Shown here: positions 22,865-33,790 of the stretch, piece by piece | Layout: every line of letters begins with the position of its first letter | Numbering within the stretch: the stretch's first letter is position 1 | Position numbers and translations under genes: made by a program | Notes under the pieces: model-generated | Told to the model about the DNA's origin: nothing | What the model saw: the letters and a program-made list of their open reading frames with translations, nothing else | Databases searched by the model: none | NCBI RefSeq assembly: GCF_016432865.1 | Contig: NC_067398.1 | Coordinates: 661,416,001-661,480,000 of the forward strand | Length of the DNA: 64,000 nt | Direction: 5' to 3' | Source: Antechinus flavipes | Lineage: Eukaryota

Positions 22865-24268
22865 GCCAACCTCCTGCAGCTGTTTCTTACCCCCCTCCCT
22901 CAAGCACAGATGGAAGAAGGGAAGGGACCTGGGAGGAAGGGCAGGTGGCCAGAGTAACCCACTTGTACCTGCCCTCTCTCTGCCTCTGAAGATCCCCATG
23001 GGATGGGACCCTTTCTCCCTCCAGCCTCTGCCTGTCACCTTGAAGCTTCACTGGCTCAGAGCAGTCTTCTCCCTCCTGTTTCCATGGAGACAGATGTCCT
23101 CTCTGATGTTGTCAGAGACACAGACATACTGGAAGGTTGGCAGAGCCAAGGGGACCCGAAGGGGACTGAAGCAGAGCAGACCCAGACTCGCAGAAGGTGA
23201 AGAGGCTCCAGGAATCCTCCGCCAGCTTCAGGCCTCCAGCCCCCCATCCTGGGTGACCTCCATCTCCCCATCCCATGAGACCCCCCCAATGCCAGTCCTG
23301 GCTTTCTGATCCCGAGTCCTTCTGTGACATTGGACAAATTACTTTCCCTCTCTCGACCTCAGTTCTTCTATCTTGGTCATTGGGCTAGAAGATCTTTCAG
23401 ATGTTCCTGTGTTTAGCATCCTATGCTCCATGTCTCTAAAATAGTCTTTTTAAAAGTATTTCCATTTCACAAACAAGGAGTTTGGGGTCTAGAAGACAGA
23501 AGGGACTTTCCTGGTCACTCAGCAAGAGAAAGGCTATAAGCCATGTCACTGCCCTCCCGATCGGTAGTTTCCTTGCACACTGTCATCTAGTTCCTCCATC
23601 CCCCAACGGGAATGAATTGTGGGACACCATCCTACATAATAGATGGGAGATTAAGGTACAGGGACTGAACCACACAATCTCAACTTGGCCAGACTGATCC
23701 ACGCTATCCCCCAACATCCTGTCCAAGTGCCTTGCCCAGCCCAGCACCCAGGACAAGGCACGATTGAAAAGGGTCCCACATGCCAGTAAATCAGCCAGTC
23801 CTCCTCCCAAGCACCCAAAGCTCTCATCCTCCTCTCCTCCCCCAACGACAGTATGCAGGAGCCAGAGATAATTGATTTATTGAGTGTGAGAGAGGTGGAA
23901 AAGCCTATGGAGTCTGAAAACTCAGGCAGTGGAACAGAGGAGCCAAGGCTGTCCGTTTGTACTACTTGCTTCCTCCAGCCTAGGATGGAGCAAACCTGAG
24001 TTTCCTCTCATCATTTATATCTTCTCCATTGTGTCCAGCGTAAAGTGGACTCTCCATGTCCAAGGCCCAGGTCTTGTCTTGGGTGGGAGCATTGTGTCTG
24101 GGGGCAACCGTAAGGCTGAGATAGGGGCCCATTTTTGTTGTATCTGGGGATGCTCGTTTTCCCCAAGGGCCCTTGCCCAGGAACTGAAATGGGGACTCAG
24201 TGAATCCTGGAAGAGCTCAATATAAGTCAACAGACCAGTGAACCCTGTAGTCACCTTGACTTTTGGCC

Positions 24269-24274
24269 TTTATT
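24269..24274 (-). terminator. SHD polyadenylation signal
   Basis: AATAAA on the minus strand about 570 nt after the stop. Confidence 0.55.
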
Positions 24275-24839
24275 GAGCAGCACCAAGTCCAGGGCTATGG
24301 ATGTGTCCGGTCGGATCTCCTCAGTAGTATTACCTCAGGCTTGGGGTCCTGTTACAGGGAGGGCAGTGACAGACTGGGGCTGGCCAGAGAAGGGTGACCA
24401 GGACCGACACGGGCCTTGAGACCCGACGCTGCCCAACTGGCTGAGAGACATGTAGATGCTGAACGTGGAGAATAGGACTTGGGAGCTGTTCCCAAGCACT
24501 TGAAGGGCTGGTGCAGGAGACAGTCTAGTCCTCTGTTGGCCCCCAAGGCCAGAACTGGGAGGGACAGAGAGAAGTTTCGAGGGCCAGATTTCAATCAAAT
24601 TACACCAAAAGCCACCCAGAAGTGAAACGGTCACCTCAGGAGACGGTTAGTTTCCCATCACGGGAGGTTCCCAAGCAGCCATTAGTCAGAGATGCTGCAG
24701 AAGGGAACTGGACCAGATGGGGTGAGAGCCCTTCCAGCTCTGAGATTCTGCCCGGAATGGAAGTACCACGGCCAGAGGTCAGCAGCAGCCCGGGGGGGCC
24801 GATGGTCAGGAAGAGCCTGGGGTCCTAGTGCAGAGGCTG

Positions 24840-25026
24840 TCAGGGGGTCTGCACAGTGATGGGGTGCAGCAAGGCCAGGTGCTCGGAGCCTTGCACTGGC
24901 AGCGGGCGGATGCTGTAGTGGTGCACCACCTCAGGCACACTGGAGAAGACCCCACTGTGCTGACCCAGCACAAACTTGTTGTCCTTTGTCCGGCTGAATT
25001 TCATGTGCATGTAGCCCTGGCTGCCC
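24840..25026 (-). CDS. SHD: SHD last coding exon (SH2 C-half)
   Basis: 187 nt; ttcccag|G...TGA; GSQGYMHMKFSRTKDNKFVLGQHSGVFSSVPEVVHHYSIRPLPVQGSEHLALLHPITVQTP*. Confidence 0.95.
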
Positions 25027-25593
25027 CTGGGAAGGAAGAGGAGACCCTGGGTCAGAGGGAGGTTGGGGGGGGGGGTTAAGCTCCGGAAGGACTGGGGGGC
25101 GGGGGGAAAGGGACTTAGCTAGCCTCAGTCAGTCAGTCACTGAGACGCCGTCCCATAGAATCAGGCCCAAGGATGTGACTACCGCTCTCCCCTTTGGGTC
25201 CCAGGTCCCCAAGGGCAGATGGCCTCCATGGCCTGGATCTCGAGGCACCTGCGGCTGTCGCCATTCTACAGAGAAATAAACTAAGCAGGAGACGCTGCTC
25301 TAGAAAACATTAGCCTTATTCTCCCTCCCCTTGTGGGGCTCCTCAAGCTTCCTATCGGGGCAGAAAGGCTTAGAATAGCAGCCCCCTGACAGACCCCGTC
25401 CGCCAGCCTGCCCAAGGGCACAGAGGTGCCCTCCCTGTTTAACAGTCACTTGGCGACTCACGTTGTCCAATGGGGCCCTTCCCTCTCTAGCTCCCGGGAG
25501 GACACTGACCTCTTCCAGCTCTCCCTCCCCACTGGAGTCTGACCCTCCAGGTTGCTCTCCCTTGGGGCCAGGGGCCTAGAACCCAGGGCTCAC

Positions 25594-25713
25594 CTGAGGG
25601 ACAGAGAGAAGTCCGGATGACTGGTCTCACTCTGCCTGACAAGGTAGCTGCCCTCCCTGCAGAGGGACAGGAGGTTCTCGGCCTCGGCCCGGCTCAGGGA
25701 ACCATGGAACCAC
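25594..25713 (-). CDS. SHD: SHD coding exon 5 (SH2 N-half)
   Basis: 120 nt; ccgtcag|G...AG|gtgag; WFHGSLSRAEAENLLSLCREGSYLVRQSETSHPDFSLSLR. Confidence 0.95.
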
Positions 25714-26008
25714 CTGACGGGAGACAGGGAGAAACAGGGAGTGAAGCTGAGGGGGCCAGGGCCACAGCCTCAGGGATAGACCAGGCTCTGCCCCTCCCCT
25801 CCCCTTATCCCAGCTCTGTTTCTAACTTGGCCCGTGCCCGCAAACAAACCCAAAGGAGAGAGACTTGATCTCTTAGGGCCTGGGAATTGAGAGACCATTA
25901 CTCTGGAGAAGGACCATCAAAGTCAAGTGCTGTGCTGCGGGTCTCTTCTGCCTGGGGGGGAACTCTTTCCTGAAAGGGGCTATATTTGAACTTGGTCTCA
26001 TCACTCAC

Positions 26009-26177
26009 GGCTGCTTCTCCAGGGGCAGGGCTGGGTCCACACGCTCGGCTGGCTGGGGGCTATGCTCCTCTGGGTTGGGCCCCTTCCCCACCCAGCCGCC
26101 AGAGGTCTTAGCTGGGGGCTTCCGGAGCTCCTTGGCCAGGCCTGGGGCCCGTTCCCACTCAGGATTCTCAAACTGCA
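26009..26177 (-). CDS. SHD: SHD coding exon 4
   Basis: 169 nt; gatccag|TG...CC|gtgag; VQFENPEWERAPGLAKELRKPP...SPQPAERVDPALPLEKQP. Confidence 0.94.
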
Positions 26178-26600
26178 CTGGATCAGGCAGAGAAACCAAA
26201 GAATGCTTTTCTTTAACCAGCTGGTCCTTCCAAGGGCAAAAACCAGACTCGTCGTTGGATTCAGAGAAGTGAGCCTCGGGGAGGGGAGAAGTGGGAATCA
26301 GGGGATGCTCTCAGGGCTTAAGAGGAGTAGGGTTTCCATGCATTAAAAATGAAACTAGTCTGATGAGTGACCAGTCACAGCCAGGGACTGGGAAAAGATT
26401 CAACCTGGATAGGTCTCAGAATGAGGGACTGGGCAGAGTCAGCACTTAGGGGAGTTATCAGAGGGAAAGCTCTGGAGGCAAAGGGTGACCCATTTTTAGC
26501 ATTAAGCAAGGAATGGGGTTGGCAGGGTGTATATGTTAGGGTGGCGGAAGGGAGACCAAAATGGGAGAGCCAACAAGGCCAGGGTTAGTCAGAGGCCTCA

Positions 26601-26801
<201 letters not shown>

Positions 26802-26808
26802 TTAATTC

Positions 26809-26900
26809 TTTTTACAAAAAAAATAACCTTTTACTTTTCAAAACACTTGCAAAGATAGTTTTCACCATTCACTTTTGCAAAATCTTGTGTTCCACATTTG
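26809..26900 (-). mobile_element. L1 3'-end fragment with 9-bp TSD next to the SHD exon 3 acceptor
   Basis: TSD gtttaattc at 26800-26808 and 26901-26909; reverse complement resembles the L1 3' end at 28670-28750. Confidence 0.75.
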
Positions 26901-27329
26901 GTTTAATTCCATAGACATTTATTAAGTGCTTACTACATATTTGGTAGGCAGTGTGGCTCAGGGGATAGAAAGGTAGCCATAAAGCCAGGAAGCTTTGAGT
27001 TCAGATCTCAACCCTAATGCAAACTGGCTGTGTGACCCTGGGCAGAACATTTACCTTCTTAGTACTCTAAGCAACTCCCCAAGACTTGTAGAAAAGGTGC
27101 ATAATGAAACTGGTGAAGGCAATTTCCTCACCTTGGAGTTTCCTATAAAATTACAGGTCCAGTCCCTATCTCTGCCCTTCTGCACTTAATGTGCTGGGGA
27201 CACAAAGAGGGGAAGATAATACAGTCCCCACCCTCAGGGAGCTTACAGTCTAATAGTAAGGATATGCTACCTTGGCAAGGTAAGAGAGCGACAGGGTGAA
27301 GAAGAATTCTAGACAAATGACTTTGGGTG

Positions 27330-28920
27330 GGGGGAAGACTGATTAAGATGGCACAAGAATAAGCTAGACAGCCTCAGTTTCTCCTCCAAGACAAACGCAG
27401 TCCTAAGAAGAGCTCTAGACCTAGAAGTGACAGGAAATCTAAGAAGCAACCACAATGGACCTTTTCAGTTCAAGGTCAAAAACTGGAACCAAAAGCAAAT
27501 GACCAGGTCAAGGACTGTGACAAGATAGCTCTGGATTGCAGACACAGCCAACTTAGCTCCCAGGACTCTCAATAGACAGCACTGTATAGTCACCTTAAAA
27601 CAAATTTCAGGGTTTACAAATCATGTACTCATCCCAGGCCCAGGCCAGCAGTGTGGGGTCATCTAGAAAGGGCAGAATTTTGGCCACAGAGCTCAGGTAA
27701 GAGAGCAGAGTCTCGCAGGCTGAACTGTGATCCCAGAGTCAACGCTAGACTTAATAGAGCTAGATGAGCAGCACAAGGCAGTTTTTAGACTCAGAGAAGG
27801 TTGAAGACATCCCTGGACCAAAGGCATGGGGTCTCCCAGAAGGACCTGATGGAGTATTCAGTCCCAACTCTCCCCAGAGAAGAATCAGAACAAGGGTCGC
27901 CAATAGCACAATCATTCTCTACCTTCTGAACCCTTTAGTTAGTAGACAGGAGCTGGGCCCAACTCTACTGGAGTCCCATCCAGGAACATGCTGACAGCTC
28001 TGTGGTCTAGATTAAACTCAAGGTGCGGAACCTGGAAATGCCCAGGAGGGCAGCAACCAGACTGTACTCATGATATGATCCCATAGGATCCACCAAAAGC
28101 ATGTAGCTTCCTGGCTCAACCCTCAAAGAATACAGCATTCAGTACCCAAAGAATATAGCAGCAGGACTCCAAATAAAACAGATCTGGACTGTATAAGGCC
28201 ACAACCATCCTGTCCAAAGTGCTCAGAACTTTGTCATAACACAAAGTATGGAAATAAGCCTGGAAGAATGAGCAAAGAATGTGCCATGCCCAAGGCACCA
28301 ACCCAAAAGAGAAGAATAACTTTAAAATATCAGGAAAACTTAAAAAAAAACTTAACCCTAAGATCAATTAATATTCCTAAAAGAAATGAATCCTTTTTAA
28401 AAAGTTTAAAATAATGCGATAAATGAGAGCAATGAGGGAAAGAGTGGGAAAGAAATGAGAGTTTTGGAGGAGAGACTTGGAAAAAGGATTAACAGTTTAA
28501 CAAATGTTTGCTTTCTTTCTTTCTTTTTTTCCTAAAAAGGTCAAAAGATCTGATTTTTCTTGTGCAGCATGATAAATGTGGAAATATATTTCTAAGAATT
28601 TTACATGTTTAACCTCTATTGGATTAGTTGTTGTCTAGGGGAGGGAGAAGGTGGGGAAAGAAGGAAAAAAAATTTGGAACACAAGATTTTATAAGGATAA
28701 ACACTGAAAACTATCTTTGCATGTATTTTGGAAATAAAAAGCTATTATTAAAAAAAAAGAAATCATAAAAGAAAGCTGCCCATTCATATTAGAACAAGAG
28801 GACAGGATGAAAACAGGAAGATTCTATCAACCCTCAAAATGAAAAATCTCAGGAATATTATAACTAAAACCTAGTGCTTCCAGGTCAAGGTGCAAATTAT
28901 AAGCAAAAGTCTCTAGCATA
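27330..28920 (+). mobile_element. Old L1 5' UTR/ORF1-like remnant interrupted by a younger L1 3' end (about 28500-28760)
   Basis: gattaagatggc start motif; ORF1-like AT-rich segments; L1 3' UTR ending gctattattaaaaaaaa. Confidence 0.45.
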
Positions 28921-29129
28921 TTGGAAGAAAGCAGGAACACTGTCAGCTTGGAGGCAGGGGAAGGAACACTTGTCAGACTGGGAGAAGGCAACAACACTTT
29001 TAACTTGGAGTAGGGAAAAGCTTCTTGATTGGGATGGAATCAAAGATGAACTTTTGAAGAAAGAGAAAGATTCCCTTATGCGAGAGAGGGAGCTGTCCCC
29101 ATCTCATGAGCCAATTCCTCAAGAATTAT

Positions 29130-29680
29130 GAAGAGAGTAAGAATTAGGCAACCAGGAGAGAATGTAAAGTGAGAGAAGAGTAATAAAGCTGGAAAGGTAG
29201 GCAGAGGCCTGACTGTGGATGGTCATAAATGCCAGTTTATGGAATTAATCTGTCCTTTATCCTGAAGACAATAGGGAGCTATGGAAAGTTTTCAAGTGGG
29301 AGAGATAACATGATCTATCTGTTTTACAGTATCATTTTGGCAATTGTGGATTCAATTCATTGAAGAGGGAAGAAATGAATCAGGAAGAGACCAAATGGGA
29401 GGTAACTATAATCCTCTGTTGGCAGCTTTGTTAACAAGGATAGGGGACAGATTTGAGAGATGCAGAAGTAGAATGACCTAGAGTTGGTAACTTGACTGAA
29501 AGTGGAAGTCAAGGGAGGGGAAAGAGCTTCTGAGATTGAGTAAGAAATACAGGATGGTTGATAGTATCATCAATAGATATGGGAAAGTTGGTAAGAGAAG
29601 ATGATTTTTTCTTGGGGGGAAAAGGAGCACAAGAGGGATAATGATGAATTCTGTTTTGGACACATTTGAGTATAACTTTT
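29130..29680 (-). mobile_element. L2 LINE fragment
   Basis: Purine-rich reverse-orientation L2 pattern. Confidence 0.5.
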
Positions 29681-29749
29681 TTCGAGAAATCCAGTAACAC
29701 AAAGAATTTACAAAAAGGAGACACAGAATCCCAGAGACACATAATACAA

Positions 29750-30440
29750 TCTTGGGCTACCTGAAGAGAGGTATGATGTCCAGAATTAGGAAAGTGACAG
29801 GTTTATAATATTCTGTCCTGGTTGACCCTCCTCTGGAGTACTTTACTTCCAGTAGGTACCATATTTGAGGAAGAACAATGATCAGCTGAAGCCATTCATG
29901 TTGAAGGATCTCACTTTTATATAGTGTTTCAGAGTCTGCAAATTGTTTTATGTATATTATGCCATTTGATTCTCACAGCTATCTTGTGGGGTAAGGGTTA
30001 TTGTTATTGTCATTCAACTTAGGGAAGAGGGTAAGTGATTTGGCTAGTCGTGGCTGAGTCAAGATTTTAACTCGTCTTCCTGACAAAGATCCAGTGCTTG
30101 ATCCACTTTGCCATCCACCTGATAAATCACTGGAAGATAAGAATGACAGCTTCAAGTATTTGAAAGATCTTCATGTGAAAAAGGATTGGATTTGTTTTTT
30201 CTTGTCCGGGAAGATAGAATTAGGAGCAATGGATAAGAGATTCAAAGAGGCTGAATTAGGGTTGATACCAGATAAAGCTTTTTAGCTTTAGATTTATTCC
30301 AAAGTAGAATGGGCTGCTTCAGGAGCAAGTGGGCTCCCCTTCACTGGAGCTCTTAGAGTAAAGACACTCCAGTTAAATTGTAAAGAGGTTTCTTTATTCA
30401 GGTATGTTTTGGGCTGGATCACTTCAGAGGTGCCTTTTAA
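29750..30440 (+). mobile_element. L3/CR1 3' fragments
   Basis: cttgggct...gaagagagg...ctggagtac; gacagcttcaagtatttgaaag; tail ctagatcacttcagaggtgcc-like. Confidence 0.55.
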
Positions 30441-30762
30441 CTGAAATTCTGTGCTTCTAGGAAATATGGAGCTGGTGCTCAAGAGGCAGATCAGGCTAGC
30501 CCTGGAGATTGAGATTTGGGAGTCACTTAGAAGAGATCATTAAAGCCACGGAAGTGTCTGAGATAGTGAAGGGAGAAGTCGTAGAGAAAGAATAGAAGAG
30601 CGAGTGAATGGGTCACTGATGAGAGCTAGTTTCTACACTTCCCTTCCTGGTGGGGGTTGGAGGTGGGATTAGGAATGTCAGCCAGGACTAGACTTCAAGG
30701 ACAAATGGAGGACCTGGAGAGGAAGCTGTATTACTCCCCCACTCTAATGCAGTGACACTCAC

Positions 30763-30889
30763 CTGTTACCACACACTGAGCATCATAGGGTTCCATGTAG
30801 CTGTTGTCAGGGGGCAGCTGTTCTGAGGCACCCAACTGAGCTTCAGGCTGGGCATCAAAGGGGTCCGAATACTCAGCATCATCTGCAGT
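30763..30889 (-). CDS. SHD: SHD coding exon 2
   Basis: 127 nt; cacctag|ACT...ACAG|gtgag; TADDAEYSDPFDAQPEAQLGASEQLPPDNSYMEPYDAQCVVT. Confidence 0.93.
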
Positions 30890-30959
30890 CTAGGTGAGGA
30901 CAAGGGACTCAGTGTTGTTCTCTGACATCTCTCCCAAATACTCCCTTCTCCCCATTCTC

Positions 30960-31270
30960 AGCCCTTCTGCCTTGATGTTCTAACTCCGGAGTCTCTTTCA
31001 TCATTTATGTCGCATGGTTCATGGGTCCTTCTAACATTAAAATCTGTGTTTGAGGTCTCTTTCAACTTGGACATTCTTTGTTTAAATCCTTTCCAATCCT
31101 TTCATTCTGTTTTATTGACCTTCCATTTCTGACATTCTGTGTTTAAGATCTCTGCCAGCTCTGACATTCTCTGCTCTAAGGTCCCTTCTGACTCAAATAT
31201 TCTGTATTCTAAAGTCCAAATTCTGACATTCTGTGATTTATTGCCATTCCAGTCCTGACATTCTCTTTCA
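30960..31270. repeat. 33-bp-unit array, reverse orientation, 6-8 decayed units
   Basis: Repeated ctctgacattctgtgtt.taag.tcc units following a MIR-like segment. Confidence 0.65.
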
Positions 31271-32035
31271 AAGCTCATTCGTCCCCTTATCTTAGATTGA
31301 TTCTTCTATCCTTTCTCTTCTATCAGCAGTCACAGCCTCTCCCTCATTCTGTCCGTGGAGCCCTGGCCATTTTTCCTATTTAATCACCATCTATCACATC
31401 TAATATCTAGTTCATCGCCTGAAGCCCCTTCCCAATCAGGCTCCCATGATCACACACAACCTTTCTTGCCCCTGACAGATCTGATGCTGGTCCTCCTGAG
31501 GCTTTCTCCTTTTCATCCACTACTCTCAGGCAGCCTTTCCCAGCTCCTGGAGGTGTCACAAGGCAGATCTTTGACTTCCCTTTCTTCACAGAAAATATAT
31601 ATACACATGTGTGTATACATATATTTTATTTATATATGTTTATGTGTGTACACATACACACAAAGATGTAGGATTTAGAATTAGAAGAAACCAATTCATA
31701 TTCCAACTCCTGCCTTTAATAGTTATATGAAAATGGACAAACCTTAGACTGTTCCTTCACCTGTAAAATGGACTTAATACCATTTTTGCTGTCTAACCTA
31801 GAGGGTTATTTCTTGGAAAGAGCTTTGGCTAGAGGAACATGAGTTATTGTTATCCAATTTTTTTTTTTTTTTTTGGTCTGCTCTTCAACCCGACACTCTT
31901 GACCTTGGGCAGTATACAAAGACAGTGAATCACTTTTCGGAGGTCACCTAGGCTGTGGCCGTTCTATGTGGGGTAGGGCTGAACTGTCTAAGGGCTAAAT
32001 TCCTCCTCCTCTCCTCCCCCCACTCAGGTACTTAC

Positions 32036-32344
32036 GTTATCCTCCTCAGGCGTCCCCAGCAACATCTTACTGCGGTTCAGGTCGCCTGACTCCACCTTGA
32101 TGAGCCGGTGTTTGGGGGAGCCGTATTGCTGGTCCCCAGAACAGGAAGGTTTGCTGGGGCAATTGAGGCAGGATGACTCGGGCTCCTCCTGCCCATCTCC
32201 ATCTTCATAAGGATCCTCAAAGTCCAGACTTTTTTGAACCCGATAGGCCCGGAAGATATCACTCTCTGTATAATCGGGTTTGGGGGGTTGTGGGGGTGGC
32301 CTTCGTCCACCAAAGCTCAGATAGTCCCTGAGCCACTTAGCCAT
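32036..32344 (-). CDS. SHD: SHD coding exon 1
   Basis: 309 nt; ATG...AAC|gtaag; MAKWLRDYLSFGGRRPPPQPPKPDYTESDIFRAYRVQKSLDFEDPYED...YGSPKHRLIKVE. Confidence 0.96.
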
Positions 32345-32979
32345 GTATTCTCTCTCTACTCCTCGGCAGGGAGTCTAGCCTTCGAGAATCAGACAGGTAA
32401 AGGAGACCAAGATGAATTACTTAAGAATGCTCTCGGGTTCAACCTTTGCTCCCCGTCTCTGGGGGGATTCATCAGCACTCTCCTGGAAACAGGTTGGGAA
32501 ACTGAGGAATACATTCCGAAGTTAGAGAGATGGAGTCTGATTCGGGGCTTAGAGAAGGGAGGAAAGGAGCTATTGATCTCATCCTAGTCCAGGCTGGGGG
32601 AGGGTCCGGAGGACAAAGCTTCCAGGTTTCCTCGGAGGTGGAAGGTCAGGTGACCACCGAAGCCGGGTCAGCGCCAGATTCAGAGAGTGCAGAACCCCAA
32701 ACCAGCAGGGACCCAGCAGGCTCTGAAATCGTGACTAATTTTTCCTGATGTCTCTGGGGCAATAGCCAAGGAATTTCTTAGGTACCAGCCGACCACCTTC
32801 AGATATGAGATCCCCAGATCATCATCAGCCTCGGCTTTCAAGGCTTAGATTTTCTCCAGGACCCCAGGTTCGGGGGACTGGACAGCTGTTAGAGAGGGAT
32901 GCTAGTGTCCTCTCCACAAACCCCTGCACAGATCGGGGTCAGCTTCTCAGGGTGTCGGAACCTCTAGACCGAAGAAGAG

Positions 32980-33330
32980 AAGGAAGGCTCGGTAGCGGCG
33001 TCTGTAGCTCCAGGAGCGCAAACTTGGGCTGCGGGGAGCTCAGTATCCCTGCTGGCTCCGCTCATCTGCTCGGCTCGGTTATAGCCGCCCAGGCAGCGCG
33101 GCGGGAGGCGGGAGCTCCCCCAACCTCCAGGCCAGCCCTGAATGCCGCTGCCACAGAAGGAGCGAGCGTCCCGCTGCGCACCAGAGGTGGGCAGTGGGCG
33201 GCGGGCAGCCGGGGCCGGAGAAGCGGATCCCAGCCAGAGGCGGCCCCGCTGCTGATCCTGCAGAGGGGGCGGCGTTGAAGAGACCAGCGGAGCTTTTAAC
33301 TCAGATGGAGAGGCGAGGGCGGGGGGCTGG
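32980..33330. promoter_or_regulatory. CpG-rich block upstream of SHD (promoter/5' UTR)
   Basis: High GC and CpG density 0.6-1 kb upstream of the SHD ATG. Confidence 0.6.
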
Positions 33331-33339
33331 AGCAACGCG

Positions 33340-33790
33340 TCAAAGCTCCCGCCCTTCTACTCCCACTCTCCCTCCTCTTTCCTCCTCCGGCTCCCTACGG
33401 GACTTCTTCGATTTCTATCTTCCTTTTTTTTCCTTGTCCTCCCCTCTCTCCTCCATTCCCCTCTTCCCTCTCTTCTTGCCTCTTTCCCCTTCATCCTCAT
33501 CTTCCTGCCCTAATCCGCCTTAGTCCCCCCCTTCTTTCCCTCTGCCCCTTTTCTCCAGCTCGTATTCCCCTTACTTCTTCCCCATACTCTTCTCTAGCCC
33601 CTAGCCCCTCTCACTTTTCCCCATCCTCCCCTTTTCCTCCTCTTTCACCTTCCGTGGCCCTACAGCCCTTACTCTGCCTCCTCTTTTGCCTCCTCCCCTC
33701 ATCTATATCATTTCCCTTCCTTTCTTGCCCTCCTCTCCCTCATCCTTCTGTCTTCCTGGCGGTGACCTAGACCTTCAGCTGCCTGCGAGC
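33340..33790. repeat. Long polypyrimidine/polypurine tract upstream of SHD
   Basis: About 450 nt overwhelmingly C/T on the plus strand. Confidence 0.85.

Noticed and set aside
22643-23337. Cluster of ORFs on both strands between TMIGD2 and SHD, with donor-like motifs near 22645
   Set aside because: They span a (CA)n repeat, show no recognisable domain and no coherent exon chain; a lncRNA exon cannot be excluded.
24900-24970. Apparent frameshift in the SHD last exon
   Set aside because: Recount shows four G (AGT GGG GTC TTC); the frame is intact to TGA at 24840-24842.
33255-33275. CTCF-like AGGGGGCG core
   Set aside because: The five upstream bases do not fit the CCRSY part of the motif.
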